Source: Squalus acanthias (Eukaryota). Taken from it: 64,000 nucleotides of DNA. The stretch is from NCBI GenBank assembly GCA_030390025.1, contig CM059443.1, positions 4,588,001-4,652,000 of the forward strand. Direction: 5' to 3'. Of this stretch, positions 14,716-27,300 are shown one piece after another (within the stretch, counting starts at the first letter, position 1; each line of letters starts with the position of its first letter). Below the pieces are notes generated by a model. The model was not told the DNA's origin. It searched no databases and saw nothing but the letters and a program-made list of their open reading frames with translations. A program made the position numbers and the translations under genes.

Positions 14716-15032
14716 TTAACAGTTGGATTGTGCGACTGTTGCGGTTGTTTTGGAAGCTGTTCCTTGTTGAACTGTACAGGAGTACACCTTCCCACTGCTC
14801 CAGTCTGTGCCGGGGACCGTCAGGTAGCTGCTGAGACTGAAGGTGTTGTCCGTGTTCCGCGACACGGTGCTGGTTTGGACCTCACTGCTCGTCAGACTCC
14901 CGTCGACTGTCCAGCTGACCGCAGCCAAGCCCATGGACAGTTTGCTGACCAGGCAAACTAAGGTGCCTGCTCCTTTAGAGGATATCTCCTCGGCTGAAGG
15001 CCCAAGCAGTTTTACTGAAGGCTCAGGGAGTT
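14716..15032 (-). pseudogene. Orphan Ig light-chain (sigma-type) constant exon with deleted splice acceptor
   Basis: Open frame LPEPSVKLLGPSAEEISSKGAGTLVCLVSKLSMGLAAVSWTVDG...YSCTVQQG...QSNC-stop, nearly identical to 26978-27300. A 10-nt deletion (minus strand GCAGCTGAGC) removes the acceptor AG. No V or J was found upstream. Confidence 0.85.
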
Positions 15033-16583
15033 AATAGGAACCAGAGAAGACGTGGTGATGAAATAAATTCACTATGTAAATGTGTTTTATTATGTTACAG
15101 TCTGCAATACATTTCCTGCTTTCCACTCCCCAATTATAGCTTACAAGTGTCCCAATTGAGCAGGAAGAATTCGGATCACCGGTGCTGGCTCCCAACCTCA
15201 CATGTTGCAGGAAAACCTCCCAACTACACTTCTTTATTGCCCTGTTTGGAGCAGTTGGATGACTTGCAAGTTATGGCTGTTGGGTTTCTTACTTTTGCAC
15301 CATCTGCACTGCACTAACCAGTCCAAAAAAAACCTCACAAACTTATCATTCAGCAGTGAGGTTAATGCAGTAATTCCATCTCTGCTGCATTAATAAAGTA
15401 TTTGAGTTTCACTCTTGGAGTTTGCAGCTTTGTTAAAGACAGACAGAAAGACTTGCATTTATCTAGTGCCTTTCATGACCACCAGACATCCCAAACACTT
15501 TACAGCCAATGAAGTACCTTTTTTGAAGTGTAGTCACTGTTGTAATGTAGGAAATTGTTAAGTGAAATTGTTGGCTTGTCGTGTGATCTCCCATGGCATT
15601 GTACATGATAACTTAGAGAACATGGAGTCTCTCTATGCTGTGTCTGTAATTTTTGCGTTGCTGTTTCTCTTTCTCTCCTCTTCTGCTTCTGTCTCTCTAT
15701 CTGTCTCTTCTCTCTTCCTAATTCTTTCTACAACTCTCTCTATCTTCTACTACTCCTCTCTGTCTTTTTCTTGGTTCCTTTTGGGTGGGAAGTGTTGAAT
15801 GGTCTGGCAAGGTGTAGTGGGGAAAGTAGCTACCATGGGGTGGGGTTGTTGGAAAAATGTGTCCCTCAGCAACTCCTTTCCCATCCCCTCCCCACATCAC
15901 TCGTACTCTCCTCACCTCGTCACACCCACTACGTCCCACACTCATTAACCTTTCCACTACCACCTCTCCTTCCTGCCTATCATTACCCCTAACTCTTCCC
16001 CTTTGAACTATCCATTCATCCTACCCCTGTATATTCCCCCACTCCTTCCTCTCAGGCCTCCACTCTCTCAAGTTGTTTTCCTCGTCCCTTCCCTTCCTTC
16101 CAATCTGTTTCCCTCAAATAGGCTTTGTTTTCTTTCAAAATTTAACTTGGTTTTTTTTAATCAAATTAGAATAAGGACCATCTGTCTGTCTCTCTGTCTC
16201 ACATAATCAAATGGCAGTTACCTTTTTCTGTAAACAAAACATAGGTAAGATTATTAGTTGGTCTCAAAATTCAACTTTTCTTTACATTTTAACTAACATT
16301 AGCATGACGAAAGACACACTCCCTCTTCCCCATTCAGCTTAAATAAGTTCTGACATTTATAGATAAAATAAAAGCTATAACACTGTATCATCAGTGTATG
16401 TTTCTTCTCACACAGACACACACAAAGCCTCTCTGTTTAAGAAACACTTAGAAAAATCCAAATTCAGCTCATCACATCACAGTTATGAGCAAAAGTCCAG
16501 GCCCAGGTTTTTGGGAGACGTCGATGCCTTCAAATAAAAGCTTTGATGAAGGCATTAAAAGATACACAGTACAGTTCAATAGA

Positions 16584-19500
16584 TAAGAACATAAGAAATA
16601 GGAGCAGGAATAGACCACTTGGCCCCTCGAGCCCGCTCCGCCATTCAATAAGATCATGGCTGATCTTGGGCTCAAAGCCACTTCCCTGCCCACTCCCCAT
16701 TATTCTTCACTCCCTTATCTTGCAAAAATCTGTCTATCTCCACCTTAAATGTATTCAATGACCCAGCCTCCACGGCTCTCTGGAGCAGAGAATTCCACAG
16801 ATTTACAAACCTCTGAGAGAAGAAATTCCTCCTCATCTCAGTTCTAAAAGGGCGACTCTTTATTCTAAAACTGTTCCCCCGAGTTCTAGATTTCCCCACG
16901 AGAGGAAACATCCTCTCTGCATTTACCTTGTCGAGCCCCCTCAGTATCTTATATGTTTCAGTAAGATCACCTCTCATTCTTCTAAATTCCAATGAGTATA
17001 GGCCCAGCCTGCTCAACCTTTCCTCATAAGTCAACCCCCTCATCTCTGGAATTAACCTAGTGAATCGTCTCTGAACTGCCTCCAATATCCTTCCTTAAAT
17101 AAGGAGACCAAAACTGTACGCAGTACTCAAGGTGTGGTCTCACCAATACCCTGTACAGTTGTAGCAGGACTTCCCTGCTTTTATACTCCAACCCCCTTGA
17201 AATAAAGGCCAACATTCCATTTGCCTTTTTGATTACTTGCTGTACCTGCATGCTAACTTTTTGTGTTTCATGCACAAGGACCCCCAGGTCCCTCTGAACT
17301 GTAGCATTTTGTAATCTCTCTCTATTTAAATAATAATTTGCTTTTTTATTTTTCCTGCCACTTTCCCACATTATACTCCATCTGCCAAATGTTTGCCCAC
17401 TCACTTAGCCTGTCTATATCCCTTTGCAAATTCTTTGAGTCCTCTGCACAACTTGCTTTCCCACCCATCTTTGTATCATCCGCAAACTTGGCTACATTAC
17501 ACTCGGTCCCTTCATCCAAGTCATTAATGTAGATTCTAAATAGTTGAGGCCCCAGCACCGATCCCTGTGGCACCCCACTAGTTACCGTTTGCCAACCGGA
17601 AAATTACCCATTTATCCCGACTCTCTGCTTTCTGTTAGTTAGCCAATTCTCCATCCATGCTAATATATTACCCCCAATTCCGTGAGCTCTTATCTTATGC
17701 AGTAACCTTTTATGTGGCACCTTATCGAATGCCTTCTGGAAATCCAAATACACCACATCCACTGGTTCACCTTTGTCCACCCTGCTCGTTACATCCTCAA
17801 AGAACTCCAGCAAATTTGTTAAACATGATTTCCCTTTCATAAAACCATGCTGACTCTGCTTGACTGCATTATGATTTTCCAAATGTCCTGCTACTGCTTC
17901 CTTAATGAAGGACTCCAGCATTTTCCCAATGACAGATGTTAGGCTAACTGGTCTATAGTTTCCTGCTTTCTGTCTCCCTCCTTTCTTAAATAGGGGTGTT
18001 ACATTTGCGGTTTTCCAATCCGCTGGGACCTCTCCAGAGTCCAGGGAATTTTGGTATATTGCAACCAATGCATCTACTATCTCTGCAGCCACTTCTTTTA
18101 AGACCCTGGGATGCAGGCCATCTGGTCCAGGGGACTTGTCGTCTTTTAGTCCCATTATTTTACCAAGTATTATTTCCTTAGTGATAGTGATTGTCTTTAG
18201 ATCCCCCCTCCCTGTGGCCCCTTGATTATCCATTATTGGGATGTTGTTAGTGTCTTCTACCGTGAAGACAGATACTAAATATTTGTTCAGAGTCTCTGCC
18301 ATTTCCCCGTTCCCCATTATTAATTCCCCAGTCTCATCCTCTAAGGGACCAACATTTACTTTAGCTACCCTTGTCCTTTTTATATACCTGTAGAAGCTCT
18401 TACTATCTGTTTTAATGTTTCTTGCCAGTTTACTCTCATAATTCATCTTCTCTCTCTTTATTATTTTTTTAGTCATCCTTTGCTGGTTTTTAAAAATTTC
18501 CCAATCCTCTGGTCTCCCACCAATCTTGGCAACATTGTATGCCTTTGTTTTCAATTTGATACCATCCTTTACTTCCTTAGTTAGCCATGGATGGTGCTCC
18601 CTTCTCTTAAAATCTTTCTTTCTCACTGGAATATATGTTTGTTGAGAGTTATGAAATATCTCCTTAAATGTCCACCACTGCATTTCAACTGTCTTACCCT
18701 TTAATATATTTTTCCAGTCCACTTTAGCCAGTTCTTCCCTCATGCCATTGTAATTGCCTTTGTTTAAGATCAGGGCACTGGTTTGAGATACAACTTTCTC
18801 ACCCTCTAACTGAATTTGAAATTCAACCATGCTATGATCACTCTTTCCCAGAGGATCCTTTACTATGAGATCATTTATTAATTCTGTCTCATTGCACAGT
18901 ACCAGATCCAAGATAGCCTGCTCCCTGGTTGGTTCCATTACATACTGTTCTAGGAAACCATCCCAGATGCACTCTATGAACTCTTCCTCAAGGCTACCAT
19001 GGCCAATTTGATTTGTCCAATCAATATGGAGATTAAAATCACCCATGATTATTACCGTACCTTTTTTACAGGCCTCCATTATTTGTTGCTACTGTTTGGG
19101 GGCCTGTAGACTACACCCACCAGAGATTTTTTCCCTTTATTATTTTTTATCTCCACCCAAACCGATTCTACATCTTGATCTTCTGAACCAATATCACTTC
19201 TCACCACTGCACTGATCCCATCCTTTACCAACAAAGCCACCCCACCTCCCTTTCCTTTCTGTCTATCCTTCCGAATTGTCAAATACCCTGGAATATTCAG
19301 TTCCCAGCCCTGATCACCTTGCAACCACATCTCTGTAATGGCGATCAGATCATACCCATTTGTATCTATTTGTGCTGTCAACTCATCTATCTTGTTACGA
19401 ATGCTGCGTACATTCAAATATGGAGCTTTTAACTTCATCTTTTTACCATTTCTCCTTGTTTTGGCCCCATTTTCTGTTGCACTCTTAGTTTTAAACATTC

Positions 19501-20054
19501 TGTCCCTTCCTGGCACACTCTGGTTATTATTTCCCCCATCTCTATCCTGCTCTATTGCTTTCTCATTTCTCATTGACTTTTTAAATTCCCACTCACCTGG
19601 ATCCTCCCCCCCACTATTTAGTTTAAAGCCCTCTCTACAGCCCTAGTTATTCGATTTGCCAGGACTCTAGCCCCAGCATGGGTCAAGTGAAGCCTGTCCA
19701 AACGGAACAGCTCCCTCTTATCCCAGTACTGGTGCCAGTGCCCCACAAATCGAAACCCATTTCTCCCACACCAGTCTTTGAGCCACTCGTTCATTTCTCT
19801 GATCTTATTTACCCTATGCAAATTCGCTCGTGGCTCAGGTAGTAATCCAGAGATTATTACCTTTGTGGTTCTGCTTTTTAATTTAGCCCCTAGCTGCTCA
19901 TACTCTCTCAGCAGAACCTCATTCTTTGTCCTACCTATGTCATTGGTGCCTACGTGGACCATGACAACTGAATCCTCCCCCTCCCATTCCAAATTTCTCT
20001 CCAGCCCAGAGGAGCTCTCCTGGGCTCCCGCTGCTTTTAGTACCGCCGAACTCT
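16584..20054 (-). mobile_element. Near full-length CR1 LINE: partial ORF1 (SGNH esterase-like) and disrupted ORF2 (APE-RT)
   Basis: ORF1 VHVGTNDIGR (19618-19992); ORF2 [55 protein letters not shown]; several frameshifts. Confidence 0.95.
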
Positions 20055-20247
20055 CATGTTATTGTGAAATATACAACATTTTAATTTATTTTAATTTTGT
20101 TACATTAGGCATTTTAGTAACAGAAAAGAATGGCAGATCAGAAATTTTCAGCTGAAAATTGTTCACAATGTATTTTTAACAATTTGTGTGGAAAACTCAC
20201 CCGATAGACAAATTATCCAATTACAGGGTGACTAGTTTATATAGCCT

Positions 20248-20702
20248 AGAATCATAGAATCACACAACACAGAAGGAGGCCATTCAGCCCATCGTGCCTG
20301 TGCCGGATCTTTGAGAGAGCTATCCAATTAGTCCCACTCCCCTGCTCTTTCCCTATAGCCCTGCAATTTTTTTCCTTTTCAAGTCTTTATCCAATTCCTC
20401 TTAGAAATTTACTATTAAATCTGCTTCCACCACCCTTTCAGATAGTGCATTCCTGATCATAACAACTCGCTGCGTAAAACAATTTCAACTCATCTCCCGT
20501 CTGGTTATTTTGCCAATCACCTTAGATCTGGGTCCTCTAGTTACCGACCCTCCTATCAGTGGAAACTATTTCTCCCTATTTACTCTTATCAAAACCCCTC
20601 ATAATTTTGAACACCATTATTAAATCGCCCTTTAACCCTCTCTGCTCTAAGGAGAACAATCCCAGCTTCTCTAGTCTCTCCACACAACTGAAGTCCCTCA
20701 TC
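20248..20702 (-). mobile_element. CR1 3' fragment
   Basis: RLEKLGLFSLEQRGLKGDLI motif and (ctatgatt)n tail. Confidence 0.85.
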
Positions 20703-21149
20703 TTTCCTATATTTCCATTGTCGATGTAGACATAGGAACATATCATGAAAAAAGTTGACACAAAAGGCTGACAAACAGAGACAACAGGAAGTAAGGTTTT
20801 GTAGACAGGCGTGTGCACAGACATAAGATTTTTAATGATAATCATACACAACATATTAAAACTCTGGTGTCTGTACGCACTTCCTGTCTGCAAAACCTTA
20901 CTTTCTGTTGTAACACCTTTTTGTCAACTGGGCATTATTGCACAAGATATTTCCTGCCTCCAGTTTTTGATGCTGCTGTAAATAATTGGCTACACACTGT
21001 GGGCGGGAATTCTCATGAAAGATGGGTTTTTAATAATTTAACTGGCAATATTTCATGGCCATTCTTTTCTGGCGCTATCCAACAAATTACCCTGGTCATT
21101 GAACTCAATTTTACATCTTGCATTTGAGTGATTTGAACACATGACCTCT

Positions 21150-22577
21150 GAGTATCATAAACTGATTCGGGACCAAAAATGAGATCAATCTTCTTGTGGA
21201 GGCAGAGGGCATGCCTGAGGTACTAAATGAGCACTTTGCATCTGTCTTCACTAAAGATGAGGATGCTGCCAGTGTCACAGTAAAGGAGGAGGTAGTAGAG
21301 AAATTGGATAGGATAAAAATAGCGCTCAAAGTAGAAATGTCATCCAACCTGGATGGGATGCATCCTAGTTTGTTGAGGGATGTAAGGGTGGAGATAGCGG
21401 AGGCACTGGTCACAATCTTCCAATCCTCTTTAGACTGGAGGATTGCAAATGTTGCTTTCCTGTTCAAAAACAGGACCACGAGATTAAAAGGGCAGTAGCA
21501 GCATGGATGGCAAAATTGGCTAAGGGACAGAAAGCAGAGTAGTGGTGAACAGTTGTTTTTCAGACTGGAGGGAGATGAACAGTGGTGTTCCTCAGGGGTC
21601 GGTACTGCTCTTTTTGATACATATTAATGACCTGGACTTGGTTATACAGGACATAATTTCAAATTTTGCAGATGACACAAAAGTCGGTAATGTAGTGAAC
21701 AGTGAGGAGGATCATAACAGACTTCAGGAGGACATAGACAGACTGGTGAAATGGGCAGACACATGGCAGATGCAATTTAACACAGAGAAGTGTGAAGTGA
21801 TACATTTTAGTAGGAAGAATGAAGAGAGGCAATATAAACTAAATGATAAAGTTTTAAAGGGCGTGCAGGAACAGAGCGACCTGGGGGTATGCATACACAA
21901 ATCTTTGCAGGTGGCAGGACAAGTTGAGAAGGCTGTTAAAAAAGCATATGGGATTCTTGGCTTTATAAACAGAGGCATAGAGTACAAAAGCAAGGCAGTT
22001 ATGCTAAACCTTTATAAAACACTGGTTAGGCCCCAGTTGGAGTATTGTGTCCAATTCTAGGCACCACACTTTAGGAAGGATGTCAAGGTTTTAGAGAGGG
22101 TGCAGAGGAGTTTTACTAGAATGGTATCAGGGATGCGGGACTTCAGTTATGTAGAGATACAAGAGAAGCTAGGGTTGTTCTCCTTGGAGTAGCGAAGGTT
22201 AAGGGGAGATTTAATAGAGGTAGTCAAAATCATGAAGGGTTTTGATAGAGTAAATAAGGAGAAACTGTTTCCAGTGACCAAAGGGTTGGTAACCAGAGGA
22301 CACAGATTTAAGGTAATTGGCAAAAGAACCAGGGACAAGATGAGGAGATATTTTTTATGCAGCGAGTTGTTATGATCTGGAATGCACAGCCTGAAAAGGG
22401 TGGTGGAAGCAGATTCAATAGTAACTTTCAAAAGGGAATTGGATAAATACTTCAAGGGGAAAAATGTGCAGGGCTATAGCGAATGGGTCTAATTGGGTAG
22501 CTCTTTCAAAGAGCTACCCACAGGCATGATCGGCCAAATGACCTCCTTCTGTGTTGTATCATTCTATGATTCTATGA
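21150..22577 (+). mobile_element. CR1 LINE fragment (RT, internally deleted)
   Basis: [39 protein letters not shown]; tail attctatgattctatga. Confidence 0.9.
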
Positions 22578-23744
22578 ACACTACAGTACCATAACCGACA
22601 AGTGAGTATAGCCACAGATTCAGACAGAAGCCTATGTACCACTGCACTTTGGTATAATGACTTGTTTCCTCTGGGCCGATTTTGGTCCATTGCACTCTCT
22701 CGGCACAAAAAATGGACACAGGTGGGCATAACGGACCATGAAACTGAGCAGAAACCAGTTCTGCCTGATATTGGACCCTGCTCAGTTTCACACTCAGGTC
22801 TGGAACTGGCAGCACAAGCAGGAGAGAGTTTGATTACTATCTCCAAAAGGAGGTTGGGCTCAGGACCCCCTGGCCCACAGGTGTGCTGCATGCCAAGTCC
22901 AATGCTTGCATAGCAAACCTGTCACAGAACTACTGCTGGGAGCCAACCTTGAAGTGGGAGTTCATTTTAAAGGGCAGTGAATTCCATAGGTAAATGCTTT
23001 AGGCCATTTTGGCAGGAATAAAACGTTAGTTTTCTCATCCTGGCACTTAGGCTCGCATAATCCATTGTGCCATTTTTCTGGTTTGAAGCCCGGACGTGTG
23101 AACTCTAGCAAACCAAATTGTGGGTTCTTTTATAGATTCCTGTCCCCTTTATTCTCACTGCATTCTAATCGCACCATCTCCAACTCTAACTCGTTCTTCC
23201 CAGGTATTCAAAACTGGAGTTCCTTACCTCCCTCACTCTTCCCCTCCAAACTTGCTGTTACCCAGCTGCTATTTATTTATTTATTTTTCTTACCTTGTCT
23301 TCTACTCTCTTCAACCTCGGTGGTGTCCTGTGCTTTGGCCCTAGGCCTCTCACCAAAGTTTCTCAATTAAACAAAAGGCAGCACTTTGAATTGGAATCCA
23401 CCCAGGATGTGTGTGCCCCATTCCTGTAGCATGGATGCCAAAATTGGCTGAGAGACAGAAAGCAGAGTAGTGCTGAACAGTTGTTTTTCTCCCCCAGTAG
23501 AGAATTTACCTGGGATCATGTGGCTCCAGGTCAGCGCCCAGTTTGAGGTGAAGTCAGAGCTATTGATTTGCATTGAAAGTTCCTGCCTGACAAACATCAT
23601 TGGAATGGTCTGGAGGGGAGGAGAACTGACATGGCAGGTCTCTGCTTGGGCAAGATCCTTCCCTTTTAAAAATTAATCACATTTTTCCCCATTGTCAATG
23701 AGTGAGAATTTTGAAGAAAAAAATATCTCCCTGCTAAGTCACCT

Positions 23745-24884
23745 GACCGCGTGTGGCATCAAGGAGCCCTAGTAAAACTGAAGTCAATGGGAATCGGGGG
23801 GGGGTGTGGGCGGGGGGGACTCTCCGCTGGCTGGAATCATGCCGATCACAAAGGAAGATGGTTGTGGTGGTTGGTGGTCAATCATCACAGCCCCAGGACA
23901 GTGTCCTAGGCCCAACCATCTTCAGCTGCTTCATCAATGACCTTCCCTCCATCATAAGGTCAGAAGTGGGGAATGTTCGCTGATGACTGCACAGTGTCCA
24001 GTGCCATTCGCAACCCGACAGATAATGAAGCAGTCCATGCCTGCATGCAGAAAGAACGGGATGACATTCAGGCTTGGGCTGATAAGTGGTAACATTCACG
24101 TCACAAGTGCCAGGTAATGACTATCTCCAAAAAGCAAGAGTCTAACCACTGCCCATTGACATTCAACAGCATTACGGTCACTGAATCCCCCACCATCAAT
24201 ATCCTGGGGGTCACCGTTGACCAAAAACTTAACTAGACCTGCCACATAAATACTGTGGCTACAAGAGCAGGTCAGAGGCTGGGTATTCTGCGGTGAGTGT
24301 CTCACCTCCTGACTCCCCAAAGCCTTTCCACCATCTACAAGGCACAAGTCAGGAGTGTGATGGAATACTCTCCATTTGCCTGGATGAGTGCAGCTCCAAC
24401 AACACTTGAGAAGCTCAACACCATCCAAGACAAAGCAGCCCACTTGATTGGCACCCCATCCACCATGTTAAACATTCACTCCCTCCACGACTGGCGTACC
24501 ATTGCTGTAATGTGTACCATCTACAAGATGCACTGCAGCAACTCGCTAAGGCTTCTTCGGCAGCACCTCCCAAACTCGCGACCTCTACCACCTCCCAAAC
24601 CCGCGACCTCTACCACCTAGAAGGACAAGGGCAGCAGGCACATGGGAACACCACCAAGTTATACACCATCCTGACTTGGAATTATATCGCCGTTCCTTCA
24701 TCGTCGCTGGGTCAAAATCCTGGAACTCCCTCCCTAACAGCACTGTGGGAGTACCTTCACCACATGGACAGCAGCGGTTCAAGAAGGCAGCTCACCACCA
24801 CCTTCTCAAGGGCAACTAGGGATGGGCAATAAATGCTGGCCTTGCCCGTGATGCCCACATCCCATGAACGAATAAAAAAAAAAA
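23745..24884 (+). mobile_element. Non-LTR retrotransposon 3' fragment (CR1/Zenon-like) with poly(A)
   Basis: SVLGPTIFSCFINDLP, FADDC, YKAQVRSVMEYSP; ends aataaaaaaaaaaa. The clade label is tentative. Confidence 0.8.
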
Positions 24885-25074
24885 TTGGCCCCCAAGCGGA
24901 CGTCTAACTGAAAATCTATCTCCTTCCAATTCCAATCATTTCATTTGCTGGTTTCACAAATTACCCCTCTACACTCAACTATTGATGCTGTGTTAATTTT
25001 GAATCATGTTTCACTCCTTCTCGTTGTTTGAGATTGCCCAACACAATAAGAGGACTTTTATGCCCTTGGGTTAA

Positions 25075-26276
25075 ACATAGAAAATAGGAGCAGGCCATTC
25101 GGCCCCTCGAGCCTGCTCCGCCATTAAATGAGATCATGGCTGATCATCCAAATTCAGTACCCTGTCCCTGCCTTCTCCCCATATCCCTTTAGCCTTAAGA
25201 AATATATCTAACTCCTTCTTGAATATATTTAATGAATTGGCCTCAACTGCATTCTGTGGTAGAGAATTCCACAGGTTCACCACTCTCTGGGTGAAGAAAT
25301 TCCTCCTCTCAATCCTAAATGGCTTACCCCTTATCCTTAGACTGTGACCCTTGGTTCTAGACTCCCCCGCCATCGGGAACATCCTTCCTGCATCTAGTCC
25401 TGTTAGAATTTTATAAGTTTCAATGAGATCCCCTCTCATTCTTCTAAACTCTAGCGAATACAAGCCCAATCGTCCCAATCTCTCTTCATACGTCATTCCT
25501 GCCATCCCAGGTATCCGTCTGGTGAATCTTCGCTACACTCCCTCCATGGCAATAACATCCTTCCTCAGATAAGGCGACCAAAACTGCACACAATACTCAA
25601 GGTGTGGTCTCACCAAGGCCCTGTACAACTGCAGCAAGACATCCTTGCTCCTGTACTCAAATCCTCTCGCTATGAAGGCCAACATACCATTTGCCTTCTT
25701 AACCGCCTGCTGCACCTGCATGCTTACCTTCAACGACTGGTGCACAAGGACACCAAGGTCTCGTTGCACTTCCCCTTTTCCCAATCTATTGCCGTTCAGA
25801 TAATAATCTGCCTTCCTGTTTTTGCTACCAAAGTGGATAACCTCGCATTTATCCACATTATACTGCATCTGCCATATCACCCAACCTGTCCAAATCATAC
25901 TGGAGTTTCTCTGCATCCTCCTCACAACACACACGCCCACCCAGCTTTGTGTCGTCTGCAAACTTGGAGATATTACATCTCGTTCCCTCGTCTAGATCAT
26001 TAATATATATTGTGAATAACTGGGGTCCTAGCACCGATCCCTGCGGTACCCCACTAGTCACTGCCTGCCACTCAGAAAAAGACCCGTTTATTCCAACTCT
26101 TTGCTTCCTGTCTGCCAACCAGTTCTCTATCCAAGTCAGTACCTTACCACCAATCCCATGTGCTTTAACTTTGCACGCTAATCTCTTATGCAGGACCTTA
26201 TCAAAAGCCTTCTGAAAGTCCAAATACACTACATCCACTGGTTCTCCCTTATCTATTCTACCAGTTACATCCTCAA
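25075..26276 (-). mobile_element. CR1 LINE 3' fragment (young subfamily)
   Basis: [40 protein letters not shown]. Confidence 0.92.
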
Positions 26277-26594
26277 GCCCAGAGGTAAAAAAAAAGGCTG
26301 AAGACCAAATAGTACCGCTGTGAAATTAATCCATTGCCATCTATTTTATAAAGTTATGGAGTTTTTTTTTTATATACCAGGCCCCGTGGGCTGGTTAAAA
26401 AGAGGCGGAAACAGTACAGGGATTTTCACTCTACCCGCTGTTCCCTTCCAGTTTGGAGTTTAAGGTGTATGAAGTTTGAAAAGGGAATATATTTCTGTGA
26501 CCACCCCAACCCTACCATACCTGCTGCAGTCGCCTCTCAGGCTGACTCACTACAACAAAAGAAGCACACTTGGAAGTTTCCTGCACAGATTCGC

Positions 26595-26600
26595 TTTATT
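26595..26600 (-). terminator. Polyadenylation signal of cluster A
   Basis: AATAAA on the minus strand about 380 nt downstream of the C stop; conserved at the paralogous position in cluster B (38164-38169) despite diverged surroundings. Confidence 0.7.
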
Positions 26601-26977
26601 GGTTCTCTTTACGTTCATTGACAGTCATTGTTCGGTTGATGCGGTCGGCAGATCACAAATGATTAAAGCCATCGCTAGTGCGGAGCAAACCAGTATACCA
26701 GAGCTGAGTAACTGGTCACTTTAACCCTGGTGTAGTCTCCTACAATAGGGGAAACTGAGAAAGACTTGGCTCAGGTACAAAGACTTCAAATGATACAGCA
26801 GAATCACACAAAGCAAACCAGAAGCACAAAATGCAGCAAATACCAAGGGTAGAGGGTGGATAATGGGGATGGGGAAGGGGAAGATGATGGGGTTGGTGAG
26901 GGATACAGGGTGGATAATGGGGAAAGTGACACTTTCCCACTATTCAGGCAGCATACACGAGTGAAGCTTCGATCTAT

Positions 26978-27300
26978 TTAACAGTTGGATTGTGCGACTG
27001 TTGCGGTTGTTTTGGAAGCTGTTCCTTGTTGAACTGTACAGGAGTACACCTTCCCACTGCTCCAGTCTGTGCCGGGGACCGTCAGGTAGCTGCTGAGACT
27101 GAAGGTGTTGTCCGTGTTCCGCGACACGGTGCTGGTTTGGACCTCACTGCTCGTCGGACTCCCGTCGACTGTCCAGCTGACCGCAGCGAAGCCCATGGAC
27201 AGTTTGCTGACCAGGCAAACTAAGGTGCCTGCTCCTTTAGAGGACATCTCCTCGGCTGAAGGCCCAAGCAGTTTTACTGAAGGCTCAGGGAGTTGCTCAG
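26978..27300 (-). CDS. Ig light chain (sigma-type) constant exon, cluster A
   Basis: Acceptor cttctctggttcctattgcag, phase 1; (A)EQLPEPSVKLLGPSAEEMSSKGAGTLVCLVSKLSMGFAAVSWTVDG...SLSSYLTV...YSCTVQQG...QSNC-stop. C1-set Cys/Trp/Cys plus a terminal Cys for heavy-chain pairing. Confidence 0.95.

Noticed and set aside
16472-16520. ggtttttgg plus cacagtt as an RSS or J for the orphan C
   Set aside because: Heptamer and nonamer are in incompatible orientation and no J-like peptide is present.
25075-26276. CR1 downstream of cluster A as the same insertion as 35546-37068
   Set aside because: They share a small 3' deletion but have different flanks and truncation points; more simply the same subfamily.
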